Shown: positions 8,568 to 18,612 of the stretch, piece by piece | How the letters are laid out: the number at the start of each line of letters is the position of its first letter | Position numbering within the stretch: the stretch's first letter is position 1 | NCBI GenBank assembly: GCA_964484565.1 | Contig: CAZAGG010000003.1 | Span: forward strand, 7,169 to 71,168 | Length of the DNA stretch: 64,000 nucleotides | Direction: 5' to 3' | Source of the DNA: an uncultured Rickettsiales bacterium | GTDB taxonomy: Bacteria > Pseudomonadota > Alphaproteobacteria > Rickettsiales > CAZAGG01 | Notes under the pieces: model-generated | Told to the model about the DNA's origin: nothing | Databases searched by the model: none | Seen by the model: only the letters and a program-made list of their open reading frames with translations | Translations under genes and position numbers: made by a program

Positions 8568-10337
8568 CTATACATTAGAGAGTTTTTTGTATAGCTCTGA
8601 GGTTGAGAGTAACTCTTCATGAGTGCCTATGCTTTCAATTTTTCCATCATTTAGAACGACGATTTTATCTGATTTTATTATCGTCTCCAACCTGTGAGCA
8701 ATAACGATTGTTGTTCGGCCTTGCATTAGCTTATCAATGGCTTTTTGAATCTGCTTTTCATTTCCTGAATCAAGAGATGAAGTAGCCTCATCAAGAAGTA
8801 ATATCTTTGGGTTTCTTAAAATTGCTCTTGCGATTGCAAGCCTTTGTTTTTGCCCGCCTGATAATGCAACTGCATTATTGCCTAAGAATGTATCAAGGCC
8901 TTGTGGTAATTTTTTGATAAAATCCCATGCAGCCGCTTGTTTTGCCGCCTCAATTACTTCTTCTTCGCTTGCATCATCTCTGCCATATAAAATATTATCG
9001 CGTATGGTTGTTGAGAAGATAAAAGGATCCTGCGGTACATAAGCGATATGTGATCTTAAGAGCGATACAGGAATTGAGCGAATATCAACACCATCAATAG
9101 TTATAAGACCTTCCTGTGCATCATAGAAACGAAGCAAAAGTCTTAAAACTGTAGTCTTTCCCGCTCCTGAAGGGCCAACGAGCGCGACTCTACTTCCCTT
9201 TTCTATCTCTAGAGTGAAGTCTTTTAGCGATGCAACATTTTCTCTACTTGGATAGCAAAAACCAACCTGATTAAATTTTATATTGCCTTGAAGCAATTTA
9301 TGCTCTGCTTTTAGTTGGCTTGCGGTTTGAATTTGCTCTTGGTTTTCTTCTTGATAATGAAGCATTTCTAATAGTCTATCTGCGGCTCCCGCTGCTCTTT
9401 GCATATCTCCGATAACTTCAGTGATTGCGCCAAACGAACTTGCGACTATTACTGAATAGAATATGAATGCCGAGAGTTCACCATGTGATATTTCTCCCTG
9501 CATTACCTGCCTTCCCCCTATCCAGAGAACAGCTAGAATAGAGCTAAAGATTAAGACTATCACTAAACTTGTCAATACCGCCCTCACCTTTGATCTATTC
9601 ATTGCGCGGCTCATAACATCGCGACTTGCCGACATGAAGCGCATACTTTCATAGCCCTCCATTCCATAAGCCTTGATGATTTTTATCCCCCTAATACTTT
9701 CATCAACTTGAAGACTGAGGCTTGCAACACTATCTTGCGCGCTGCGTGAAAGCCTTCTAACCCTTTTTCCCAATATTAGTATGGGCAAAACAACCACAGG
9801 AATGATAAGGGCAACATATTCTGTAAGTGTTAGGCTGGTTATAATCAACATCACCGTTCCACCAATTAAGAGAATGATGTTTCTAACAGCAACCATCATC
9901 GACCCCGTAACCACCGTCTGCAAAACACTTGCATCACTTGATATTCTAGTAACTATATCGCTTGGAGGGGTTTTCTCAAAAAATGTTATTGGGTTCAAAA
10001 TAATGCTATTGTAAATGTCGCGTCTAATATCAGAAATCATTCTCTCGCCAATATAAGAACTCAGCATAACCCTGCTATACGATGCAAGGCCAAGTAAGAT
10101 TATAACTCCCAAGAATGCGATGAAATAATTATTATAAAAGCTGGCGTCACCTTTTCTAAGGCCTTCATCTATAATGTATTTAAGGCCAGTTCCACTTGCC
10201 AAAACTGCTATCGCCGTAAAAACTATAGCAACAAGACAGGCCGCAACATAATATCTATAAGGAGCTAGGTATTTGATAATGTGAGATTTTCTAGTCTTTT
10301 TATTATCATTATTTACAGATTCAGGCAACTCTTGCAA
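8568..10337 (-). CDS. ABC exporter, fused permease/ATPase half-transporter (ABCB/MsbA/Atm1-like)
   Basis: 589 aa with a six-TM exporter domain followed by Walker A GPSGAGKTT, signature LSGGQKQR and Walker B LLLDEATS. Confidence 0.9.
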   Translation of the reverse strand: MQELPESVNNDNKKTRKSHIIKYLAPYRYYVAACLVAIVFTAIAVLASGTGLKYIIDEGLRKGDASFYNNYFIAFLGVIILLGLASYSRVMLSSYIGERMISDIRRDIYNSIILNPITFFEKTPPSDIVTRISSDASVLQTVVTGSMMVAVRNIILLIGGTVMLIITSLTLTEYVALIIPVVVLPILILGKRVRRLSRSAQDSVASLSLQVDESIRGIKIIKAYGMEGYESMRFMSASRDVMSRAMNRSKVRAVLTSLVIVLIFSSILAVLWIGGRQVMQGEISHGELSAFIFYSVIVASSFGAITEVIGDMQRAAGAADRLLEMLHYQEENQEQIQTASQLKAEHKLLQGNIKFNQVGFCYPSRENVASLKDFTLEIEKGSRVALVGPSGAGKTTVLRLLLRFYDAQEGLITIDGVDIRSIPVSLLRSHIAYVPQDPFIFSTTIRDNILYGRDDASEEEVIEAAKQAAAWDFIKKLPQGLDTFLGNNAVALSGGQKQRLAIARAILRNPKILLLDEATSSLDSGNEKQIQKAIDKLMQGRTTIVIAHRLETIIKSDKIVVLNDGKIESIGTHEELLSTSELYKKLSNV

Positions 10338-10641
10338 ACTCCTTTATCTCTTTCAATACCAGCTCTTTTAGTTCTTGCTCGCGTGCAATCCATTTTCCGT
10401 TTTCGTAAGAAAATCTATATGCTCCACTGATAGGTGAAGAGAGCCATATTTGCTTGCTTGCATCATGCTTGTTGATTACGAAAACGCCCCTACCCTCAAA
10501 TTCTATTTGCAGAACTCCATCGCTATAATCCATCTCATATATGCCGTTGTTATATCCATCTTCAAGGCTGCTCATAATTGACTTAAGCTCTGGAATTGCA
10601 ACATTAAGATAATCTGCAACTGAATCAAAATTTTCTTTCAT
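10321..10641 (-). CDS. cyaY: frataxin homologue CyaY
   Basis: 106 aa. DYSDGVLQIEF...VINKHDASKQIWLSSPISG matches the frataxin/CyaY pattern. It overlaps the ABC exporter by 17 nt. Confidence 0.8.
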   Translation of the reverse strand: MKENFDSVADYLNVAIPELKSIMSSLEDGYNNGIYEMDYSDGVLQIEFEGRGVFVINKHDASKQIWLSSPISGAYRFSYENGKWIAREQELKELVLKEIKEFARVA

Positions 10642-10729
10642 AGCCCGCTTTTACGTTACGTTCAGTATCTGTTAACTCTTATAGGATAATATAAGATAAA
10701 AACTAGGATAAATTTTATATTTTTTACGG

Positions 10730-11215
10730 GTGACAATGATAACAAATGAAGATGAAGCAGTAGCGGTTCTTAGAAAGCTAAACTTTATAAAGCTAGAATT
10801 TCCTACGTTCCTGATACTTACCAAGCAGGATAAAATCCCAAATGAAGATAAAGCGGAGCTAATGGAGGCCTATGGAGATGCCATATATTTTCCATCCGCA
10901 GATACAATATTGGCTGATTTAACCTCATATAATCCATTTCTAAAACTTAGGAATGAAAAAAGATATGAAATGAAAAGCGAGATTGAAGATGTAAATACAT
11001 TCGATAAAGCTCTTGCATATCAATATATTGAAGCAGCGGGAAAAGTTCTTGGAATCAAATTACACTTCCATGAAAAACTCAAAGGCTTTATCGGAAAGCA
11101 TGAAATGGCCAAACTCAAAGCCCACTCCAATGCTGGAGCACGAGATCTTTATAGCCATATAATCCGCTCGAATATGTCAGTTAGAAGAAAAGGCAACACC
11201 TCCAGCTGGGGATAA
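10730..11215 (+). CDS. hypothetical protein
   Basis: 161-aa ORF with a GTG start at 10730, or ATG at 10736. No family recognised. Confidence 0.5.
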   Translation: MTMITNEDEAVAVLRKLNFIKLEFPTFLILTKQDKIPNEDKAELMEAYGDAIYFPSADTILADLTSYNPFLKLRNEKRYEMKSEIEDVNTFDKALAYQYIEAAGKVLGIKLHFHEKLKGFIGKHEMAKLKAHSNAGARDLYSHIIRSNMSVRRKGNTSSWG

Positions 11216-11230
11216 TTGCCTTATTAATCT

Positions 11231-12808
11231 CTAAAAAGTAAGAAGTTTAACTTGAGTTACCCCTGAGATTGCAGATATTTTTTTGATTATATCTTCGCTG
11301 ATTGCTTCATCTAGTTCTAGCAGAGAAAGAGCGATAGTTTTTTCTGCGTTTCTACCTAAGTGGAAGTTAGCGATATTAATGCCGTTATCGCCCAAAAGTT
11401 TGCCTAAGTTGCCGATTAACCCTGGTTTGTCATCGTTCTGCACATAAAGCATATGGTGGCTGAGGCTTGCTTCCAGCTTAATTCCATGTAAGAAAACCAC
11501 GCGGGGTTTATCGCCTGCGAATAGCGTTCCTGAGATTGTTCTGGTGCGCTTTTCAGTAACCAGAGTAATGGTAATAAGAGTTTGATAATCGCACGCTCTA
11601 TCGTGTTTTACTTCACTTACTTCTATATTACGTTCTTTTGCGATTACTGGTGCGTTAATCATATTAACTGATTCAATAAGCGGCTCAAGAATACCCTTCA
11701 AAGCAACCGCGGTGAGTGGGCGAGTGTTAAGTTTCGCAACTGCGCCTTCAAATTCAATTTTAATTGATTTAATACCTGTTTCTGTTAGTTGACCTGCAAA
11801 GCTGCCAAGCTGTTCAGCGAGTGTTAAATAAGGCTTTAGCTTCTGTGCTTCTTCCCCTGAAACTGAAGGAATATTAACGGCGTTTGTAACCGCGCCTGTA
11901 TTTAAGAAATCCGACATTTGCTCTGCCACTTGCAAGGCAACATTTTCTTGGGCTTCAGATGTTGAAGCCCCAAGATGAGGGGTTAGTATAACTTGCTCCA
12001 TCCCAAATAAAATATTGCTGGTTGCTGGCTCAACTTCTAATACGTCAAGAGCCGCACCTGCAACGTGCCCTGATTCGATGGCTTCTTTTAAATCTGCTTC
12101 GACTATTAATCCACCTCTGGCGCAATTGATTATGCGAACGCCTTTTTTCATTTTCTTCATTGATTCCTTATTAATTATACCTCTGGTGGAATCATTAAGA
12201 GGAGTGTGTAGAGTAATAAAATCGGCACGTTTTAACAATTCATCTAGCTCGACTTTTTCGATGTTCATATCTTTTGCACGTTCCACTGAAAGGAATGGAT
12301 CGTATGCAATCACCTTCATTTTCAACCCTTGCGCGCGATCAGCAACGATTGAGCCGATATTTCCACAACCGATTAAGCCAAGAGTTTTGCTGTAAAGCTC
12401 AACGCCCATGAAGCGGTTTTTCTCCCACTTGCCTGCATGGGTTGAGGCGTTTGCTGCGGGAATATCTCTTGCAATTGCCATCATCATTGAAACTGCGTGT
12501 TCTGCGGTTGTGACTGAATTGCCAAACGGGGTGTTCATTACCACCACGCCCTTTGATGTAGCTGCTTTTATATCAACGTTATCAACGCCGATTCCCGCTC
12601 TGCCAACTACTTTCAAGTTTGTTGCTACTTCTAATACGGCTGGAGTAACTTTTGTAGCAGAACGAATTGCAAGCCCGTCGTAATCGCCGATTATCTTCTT
12701 TAATTCATCTTCAGAAAGACCAGTTTTAACATCAACATCTATATTGTTATTCTTAAATATTTCAACTGCGGCTGGACTTAATTTATCTGAGATAAGAACT
12801 TTTGGCAT
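11231..12808 (-). CDS. serA: D-3-phosphoglycerate dehydrogenase
   Basis: 525 aa. Long-form SerA with the 2-hydroxyacid dehydrogenase fold (GLIGCGNIGS) and a C-terminal ASB/ACT region. Confidence 0.92.
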   Translation of the reverse strand: MPKVLISDKLSPAAVEIFKNNNIDVDVKTGLSEDELKKIIGDYDGLAIRSATKVTPAVLEVATNLKVVGRAGIGVDNVDIKAATSKGVVVMNTPFGNSVTTAEHAVSMMMAIARDIPAANASTHAGKWEKNRFMGVELYSKTLGLIGCGNIGSIVADRAQGLKMKVIAYDPFLSVERAKDMNIEKVELDELLKRADFITLHTPLNDSTRGIINKESMKKMKKGVRIINCARGGLIVEADLKEAIESGHVAGAALDVLEVEPATSNILFGMEQVILTPHLGASTSEAQENVALQVAEQMSDFLNTGAVTNAVNIPSVSGEEAQKLKPYLTLAEQLGSFAGQLTETGIKSIKIEFEGAVAKLNTRPLTAVALKGILEPLIESVNMINAPVIAKERNIEVSEVKHDRACDYQTLITITLVTEKRTRTISGTLFAGDKPRVVFLHGIKLEASLSHHMLYVQNDDKPGLIGNLGKLLGDNGINIANFHLGRNAEKTIALSLLELDEAISEDIIKKISAISGVTQVKLLTF

Positions 12809-12906
12809 TTTTTATGAATCCTAATAGCATTATTAATTATTTGCTATATTGCTAACCTCTCGCTGCATTTTATGCAAGACCTCTTCTCAAGATAATATTA
12901 TAATGA

Positions 12907-13764
12907 ATGAAAACAGGGAGTATAAAAATGCATAACGCCAGTGAGTTTTATTATCCAGAACATCCTGAAATGAAAGAAGATTTCACCATAAATCAGGATT
13001 ATCATAAGTATAAAAAAGATCATCACGCCACATGGAAATTTTTATACGAAAGGCAGTCAAAACTATTAGAGGGAAGAGCCTGCAACGCTTATATGGATGC
13101 ACTTAAACATCTTGATTTTTCGCATGAACGCATTCCAAACTTTGATGATTTCAGCGATAAGCTAATGAAAGCCACAGGTTGGCAAGTGGTTGCTGTTCCT
13201 GGGCTTATTCCAGACTATACATTTTTTAAGCATTTATCTGAGCGGAAATTCCCCGTAACTAACTGGATACGTAGTCAGCACCAGTTAGATTATTTACAAG
13301 AACCTGATATTTTCCATGATTTTTTTGGGCATGTGCCGTTGCTTGCGAATCCCGTTTTTGCGGATTATATGCACGCTTATGGTGTTGGTGGAGTGCGCGC
13401 AATGGATCTAGGTGGCGAGCGATACCTCAAGTTTCTAGCAAGGCTCTATTGGTTTACGGTTGAATTTGGTTTGATGATAGATGATGGCAATTTAAGAATT
13501 TATGGGGCAGGTATTGTTTCTTCAAAGGGGGAATCAGTTTATTGCCTTGATAGTGAAGTGCCGCACAGAATATATTTCGATATTAAAAGAATAATGCGTA
13601 CAGAATATGTAATTGATAGATTTCAAGAGAATTATTTTGTAATACACGATTTCAAAGAGTTATTTAATGAAACCAAACAAGATTTTGAACCTCTTTATCA
13701 CGAGGTTGAAGATTTAGGTGATATTGCAATGGGTGAAAAACTTACAACCGATATGAAAATTTGA
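12907..13764 (+). CDS. phhA: phenylalanine 4-monooxygenase
   Basis: 285 aa. [15 protein letters not shown]...EFGL contains the iron-binding motifs of aromatic amino-acid hydroxylases. Confidence 0.9.
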   Translation: MKTGSIKMHNASEFYYPEHPEMKEDFTINQDYHKYKKDHHATWKFLYERQSKLLEGRACNAYMDALKHLDFSHERIPNFDDFSDKLMKATGWQVVAVPGLIPDYTFFKHLSERKFPVTNWIRSQHQLDYLQEPDIFHDFFGHVPLLANPVFADYMHAYGVGGVRAMDLGGERYLKFLARLYWFTVEFGLMIDDGNLRIYGAGIVSSKGESVYCLDSEVPHRIYFDIKRIMRTEYVIDRFQENYFVIHDFKELFNETKQDFEPLYHEVEDLGDIAMGEKLTTDMKI

Positions 13765-13766
13765 TT

Positions 13767-14423
13767 ATGAACTTACAAGAACAAACGATTATAGCCGTAC
13801 CCAAAGGTAGGATACTTGACGATTTAAAACCGCTTCTCAGCAAAGCTGAGATAGAGCCAGAAAAAGATTTTTTTGATGATTCTTCACGCAAGTTGAAGTT
13901 TGCCACCAACATTAAAAATCTCGAAATTATAAGAGTTCGTAGCTTTGATGTTGCAACTTTTGTAGCGTTTGGTGCGGCGCAAATTGGAGTTGCGGGTAGT
14001 GATGTATTGGGAGAGTTTGATTACCCCGATCTATATGCCCCCCTCGATTTAGGCATTGGAATTTGCAGACTAAGCGTAGCAGAGCCAGCCTCAATGGCAG
14101 ATAATGACGATCCCTCACGCTGGAGCCATATTAGAATCGCCACTAAATATCCTGAAACAACCAGAAGATATTTTGCAAACAAAGGCGTTCAGGCAGAGTG
14201 CATTAAATTAAGTGGCGCACTTGAACTTGCCCCTAGTCTAAAACTATGCAGACGAATTGTTGATCTTGTAAGCTCTGGCAAAACGCTTAGAGAAAACGGC
14301 TTAGTCGAAGTTGAAGTAATTTCACAAGTATCATCTCGCCTAATTATAAACAGACCTGCTTTCAAAACCAGACATAATGATATTGAACAAATATTAAGCA
14401 GATTTGAAGTTGCGGTTAGATAA
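13767..14423 (+). CDS. hisG: ATP phosphoribosyltransferase, short form
   Basis: IAVPKGRIL..., [14 protein letters not shown] prefer the ATG at 13767 over the TTG at 13761 used by the track. Confidence 0.88.
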   Translation: MNLQEQTIIAVPKGRILDDLKPLLSKAEIEPEKDFFDDSSRKLKFATNIKNLEIIRVRSFDVATFVAFGAAQIGVAGSDVLGEFDYPDLYAPLDLGIGICRLSVAEPASMADNDDPSRWSHIRIATKYPETTRRYFANKGVQAECIKLSGALELAPSLKLCRRIVDLVSSGKTLRENGLVEVEVISQVSSRLIINRPAFKTRHNDIEQILSRFEVAVR

Positions 14424-14425
14424 GT

Positions 14426-15349
14426 TTATTTCTTTGATAAAGGGTGCATTTGCTCGACAACTTTAAGCAGTTTGTCACTCTTAACATGAGTATATATCTG
14501 AGTTGTAGATATATCGCTATGCCCCAGTAGCTCCTGCACAACTCTTAAATCAGCTCCATTATTTAAAAGATGGGTAGCAAACGAATGCCTCAAAACGTGT
14601 GGTGAAACTTTATCGGGATCAACCCCAGATTCAAGCGCAACTTTTTTCAACTGAACAGCAAACTTTTGCCTACTGATATGCCCTCCCTTTTCTTTAGAGG
14701 GAAAAAGAAACAGGTTCTTACTTTCTCTTGCTATCTCGCCTCTTGATAAAAGATATTGCTCTATTGCTTTAACCGCATTGTGATTCATTGGGATAAAGCG
14801 TTCTTTTTCACCCTTTCCCTTGATAATCATATAGTCGATGATATTTCCGTTTTTATCGCGCTGTATTGCTGATAACGGAAGAGTTACAAGTTCGCTTACT
14901 CTTAGCCCTCCGCCATATATTAACTCTAGCATTGCAATCATCTGCAAAGCGGAAGGTGAATTAGAAACACTAAGCGTTTCTATCATTGCAGATACATCAT
15001 CTGCATCCAAAACCTTAGGAAGACTTCTTGCAACTTTTGGCAACTCTAGAAGCAATGTTGGGTTATTGGTTATATATTTTTCCTGAACTAGGAATTTATA
15101 AAACTGTCTCCAACACGAAATAATGCGTGCAAGGGTTCTTGCTGAATATTTTCGATTAGCAACTTCCTGATAACAGACGTTTATTAAGGTTTCATCTGCA
15201 CTTGTTATAGAAGATGAATGCTTTGCAAGCACTTCGAGTAATATCATTAAATCATGGTGATAAGAGTCGGTGGTGTTCTTTGATGATGAGCGTTCCGCCT
15301 CCATCATTTCCAAGAATAGTTCTACGAAATTATATTCCCCAGACATCAC
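14426..15349 (-). CDS. xerD: tyrosine recombinase XerD (XerC/D family)
   Basis: 307 aa. Catalytic region HVLRHSFATHLL...LLGHSDISTTQIYTHV. It has the housekeeping-size Xer architecture, not that of a phage integrase. Confidence 0.85.
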   Translation of the reverse strand: MMSGEYNFVELFLEMMEAERSSSKNTTDSYHHDLMILLEVLAKHSSSITSADETLINVCYQEVANRKYSARTLARIISCWRQFYKFLVQEKYITNNPTLLLELPKVARSLPKVLDADDVSAMIETLSVSNSPSALQMIAMLELIYGGGLRVSELVTLPLSAIQRDKNGNIIDYMIIKGKGEKERFIPMNHNAVKAIEQYLLSRGEIARESKNLFLFPSKEKGGHISRQKFAVQLKKVALESGVDPDKVSPHVLRHSFATHLLNNGADLRVVQELLGHSDISTTQIYTHVKSDKLLKVVEQMHPLSKK

Positions 15350-16797
15350 TGCTTAGATAGATATAAATCAATCTCTTTTGCTAGATAAATTAGCATTTCC
15401 TTAGCTATTTTCTGAGAATCTTCTTTTAACCCTGCATTATTTAATGCTTTAAAGATTGCTTTTGTAGTTTGCTCGTTAGCATCAGATGGTTTTTGTGAAC
15501 CGATAATCTTTGCAGCTTGCAGAATGATTTCTGCAACCCTTCCCTGCTCTGCTAATGTTTCCAAAGATGCAAAAAATCCAGAGTTTGGAACTGCATTCCA
15601 TCCCTCAACTGGATTAATTGCCGCAACCTTCTTCCATTCACCTTCTTCGATGTTAAAACCGAAAGCAGATGCGATATTATAAACTCTTGAAAGAATATAT
15701 TTCTCGCCATCAAGAAGAGATATTCTGCCCTGAGTGAATGAAAGCGGAACCGCTGCATGTGATTCAGAATCATTAATTTTCTGCGACAGTCTCACAATAT
15801 CTCTAGCTATTGGATGTCTTGGCTCATAACCTTCCACAGAGTCATTTGATATTATGGATATTGCAGCTTGTCTTATTGAAATATCCACACCCTCGCTAAC
15901 CGATAACTTATAAAGCTCAGAGTTATTTAGTTTTGGAAGTGAATCATTCAAAACCTTGTTAGGAATAATACTTTTTGATTTTTCGAGCAGAACTATATCG
16001 AATCCATTTAGTGTTTGAGGGAATTTTTTTATCTCTTCAAGCTCAGTTATTCCCTCAACTGATGATTTGATATTTCTCAGCGCACTTCCAATATGCGAAT
16101 CTTTAAGAACCTGTTTTTCCTCAAGCATTTGCATACTGATATTAAATGCAGGATTGCTATTTTCTATTGCTTGGCAGAGAGTTTTTCTTAACAGCCAATA
16201 GTCTGACTCATATTTGCTAGCGGCATTGTTTATCAGCTTACAGGCTTCTACATAACTTCTATTGGTTATATATACATCTGTTCTTAACCTGTCGATATTC
16301 TCACTTACTAGACTTGCATCAAATGCACTTGCAAGTTTTGATGCAGAATCGACCGCTCCCAGTTCATATAACTTCTGTAATCTTAACTCATAAAAACTTG
16401 GAGACTTTGAAATATTGTGAGAAGGAATTCCCGTTGCTAAAATTCGGATTGTTAAGTCTCTTAAATGCTTAATCTTGATGTTACTTGGAAGCTCTCCCAG
16501 CAATTTATAAACAGAATCAAAATCTGCTGATTGCCACAATGAAGCATCAAAAGCTAAACCTTCTATACTTATCGAATCTGGCGTTATGATATTTACATCA
16601 CTTATTTGAATACGGCTCTTTGCTTCATTACCCGCAGGGTGAACCTGAACAGGATGATTAGGATCTTCCATACTCGTTGCATGAGCAGTAGAGGCTATAT
16701 CAAACAGAAATGTTGCAGCAAATATCGCGGCAAAAATCAGCTTACTGAGAAAGTATCTTTTGTGCATCAAGTTCAACTGTCTGTTCCTTCTGTTCAA
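15346..16797 (-). CDS. hypothetical secreted protein
   Basis: 483 aa with an N-terminal signal-like segment LIFAAIFAATFLFDIASTAHA. Forms a 4-nt overlap with xerD. The start may be at M11 (16767). Confidence 0.65.
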   Translation of the reverse strand: MNRRNRQLNLMHKRYFLSKLIFAAIFAATFLFDIASTAHATSMEDPNHPVQVHPAGNEAKSRIQISDVNIITPDSISIEGLAFDASLWQSADFDSVYKLLGELPSNIKIKHLRDLTIRILATGIPSHNISKSPSFYELRLQKLYELGAVDSASKLASAFDASLVSENIDRLRTDVYITNRSYVEACKLINNAASKYESDYWLLRKTLCQAIENSNPAFNISMQMLEEKQVLKDSHIGSALRNIKSSVEGITELEEIKKFPQTLNGFDIVLLEKSKSIIPNKVLNDSLPKLNNSELYKLSVSEGVDISIRQAAISIISNDSVEGYEPRHPIARDIVRLSQKINDSESHAAVPLSFTQGRISLLDGEKYILSRVYNIASAFGFNIEEGEWKKVAAINPVEGWNAVPNSGFFASLETLAEQGRVAEIILQAAKIIGSQKPSDANEQTTKAIFKALNNAGLKEDSQKIAKEMLIYLAKEIDLYLSKQ

Positions 16798-16922
16798 TGC
16801 TTGGTTCGCTTACCGCCAAAAATACTAGTAGGCCTGCGATAACAAAAACTATTACGAAAAAAAAAGTAAGTTTCTTGTGCATTTTTTATTATACCTAAAA
16901 ATATATATGATATTAAGAATAC

Positions 16923-17498
16923 ATGATAACAATGAAAAATATTACTTTTGACCCTACAATTCAATTTAATAATTTGACTTCTCCTATTGTTCTTGTGGGT
17001 TTAATGGGCGCAGGCAAAACAACCGTTGGCATGAGACTTGCCAAGTTGATTTCCAAAACATTTGCAGATAGCGATCAGTGCATCGAGCAAGAAACTAGAC
17101 ATACAGTTGCAGAGATTTTTGAAAAATATGGAGAACCCCATTTCAGAATGCTAGAACGCAACACTATTAAACGCCTTATTGAAATGGAGACAGGAATCAT
17201 TGCTACAGGCGGTGGAGCTTTCATAGACCCAGAATCAAGAAAGCTAATCAAAGAACATACCATATCTATTTGGCTTCACTCAAACACAGATGTAACTATG
17301 GAAAGAGTAAGCAGAAATAACGCTCGCCCGCTGCTTAGATCTCCTGATCCAAAAGCGATTATTGAAAAACTTATGACGGAGCGTTACCCTGTTTATTCAG
17401 AAGCCGATATTGAAATAGCAACTGATAATGGCGATAGAGACGAAATTCTAGAATTGATAATTACTAAATTAAATGAATTCATTATGGATGGTAAATGA
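16923..17498 (+). CDS. aroK: shikimate kinase
   Basis: P-loop GLMGAGKTTVG; size and motifs fit AroK. Confidence 0.9.
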   Translation: MITMKNITFDPTIQFNNLTSPIVLVGLMGAGKTTVGMRLAKLISKTFADSDQCIEQETRHTVAEIFEKYGEPHFRMLERNTIKRLIEMETGIIATGGGAFIDPESRKLIKEHTISIWLHSNTDVTMERVSRNNARPLLRSPDPKAIIEKLMTERYPVYSEADIEIATDNGDRDEILELIITKLNEFIMDGK

Positions 17499-18610
17499 GT
17501 ATAGAAAGAATAGAAGTTAGAACTACATCAAGAACTTATCCGATATTGATTGGCAGCAACATTCTCGAAAACTCTGGAAGTTATTTCAAAGAAATTGGCG
17601 TAAAGTCTAAACGATTTATAATCGTATGCGATGAGGCAATAAACCATTTTGGATATGCTGATAAAGTAAAAAAATCACTTGCAGAAAGTGGTTATAAATA
17701 TGAAATCATTGAGCAAAAATCAGGGGAAAGCGCGAAAACTTTTTCTTCACTAGAGCATCTATTATCTCAGCTTCTTTCGTTAAAAATTGAACGTAAAGAT
17801 GTAATAATTGCGCTAGGGGGCGGCGTTATCGGAGACCTAGTCGGATTTGCCTCAAGCATAGTGTTAAGGGGCGTTGATTTTGTTCAAATTCCTACAACTC
17901 TACTCGCGCAAGTAGATAGCTCAGTTGGCGGAAAAACTGGAATTAACACAGAGCATGGCAAAAACTTGGTTGGAAGTTTTTATCAACCAATTGCCGTTTT
18001 TGCAGACTCATCTGTTTTAAAAACCCTTAGCCGCAGAGAAATTCTTGCAGGTTACGCTGAGATATTAAAATATGCTCTGATAAACGATTATGAATTTTTT
18101 GAATGGTTAGAGCAAAACGGCAAAAAAGTTATAGATGGCAATGATGAGGCTATAAAATTCGCCGTGACTAAGAGCTGTAAAGCAAAGGCCTATATTGTTG
18201 CCAAAGATGAGAAAGAATCTGGCCTAAGAGAGTTATTAAATCTTGGACACACCTTTGGACATGCTTTTGAGGCAGAATGCGCTTATGACAACAGAATTAT
18301 TCATGGAGAAGCGGTAGCAATAGGAATGCTTATGGCATTTAAAACCTCCGTTCAACTTGGAATATGCAATGAAAACGACTTCCTGCGAATTGCCAAACAT
18401 TATGAAAATGTTGGGCTACCAAAAAACCCAAAAGATATTTCGATTTCAGGTCTTGAAGCTAATAAACTTTATCACCATATGCAGGGTGATAAAAAAGTTT
18501 CGGATGGCAAAATAAGATTTATACTAGCTAATGGAATTGGAGAATCATTTGTGTCAAATGGTGTTGAAGAAAGTGTTATAATGAACGTTATCAATTACTT
18601 TATCGGTTAG
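17495..18610 (+). CDS. aroB: 3-dehydroquinate synthase
   Basis: 371 aa with GGGVIGDLVGFA and LNLGHTFGHA. ATGA overlap with aroK. Confidence 0.92.
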   Translation: MSIERIEVRTTSRTYPILIGSNILENSGSYFKEIGVKSKRFIIVCDEAINHFGYADKVKKSLAESGYKYEIIEQKSGESAKTFSSLEHLLSQLLSLKIERKDVIIALGGGVIGDLVGFASSIVLRGVDFVQIPTTLLAQVDSSVGGKTGINTEHGKNLVGSFYQPIAVFADSSVLKTLSRREILAGYAEILKYALINDYEFFEWLEQNGKKVIDGNDEAIKFAVTKSCKAKAYIVAKDEKESGLRELLNLGHTFGHAFEAECAYDNRIIHGEAVAIGMLMAFKTSVQLGICNENDFLRIAKHYENVGLPKNPKDISISGLEANKLYHHMQGDKKVSDGKIRFILANGIGESFVSNGVEESVIMNVINYFIG

Positions 18611-18612
18611 AA

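Noticed and set aside
8568-10337. ABC exporter as the type I secretion partner of the RTX protease
   Set aside because: It has no adjacent HlyD-type adaptor or TolC-type gene and no C39 or CLD N-terminal domain. It is co-operonic with cyaY and lies 20 kb from the protease.
14426-15349. Tyrosine recombinase as a possible integrase for a mobile element or as the invertase for the 47-kb inverted repeat
   Set aside because: Its size, motifs and conserved position next to aroK-aroB fit housekeeping XerD. It is 32 kb from the inverted repeat, and no att-like repeats flank it.
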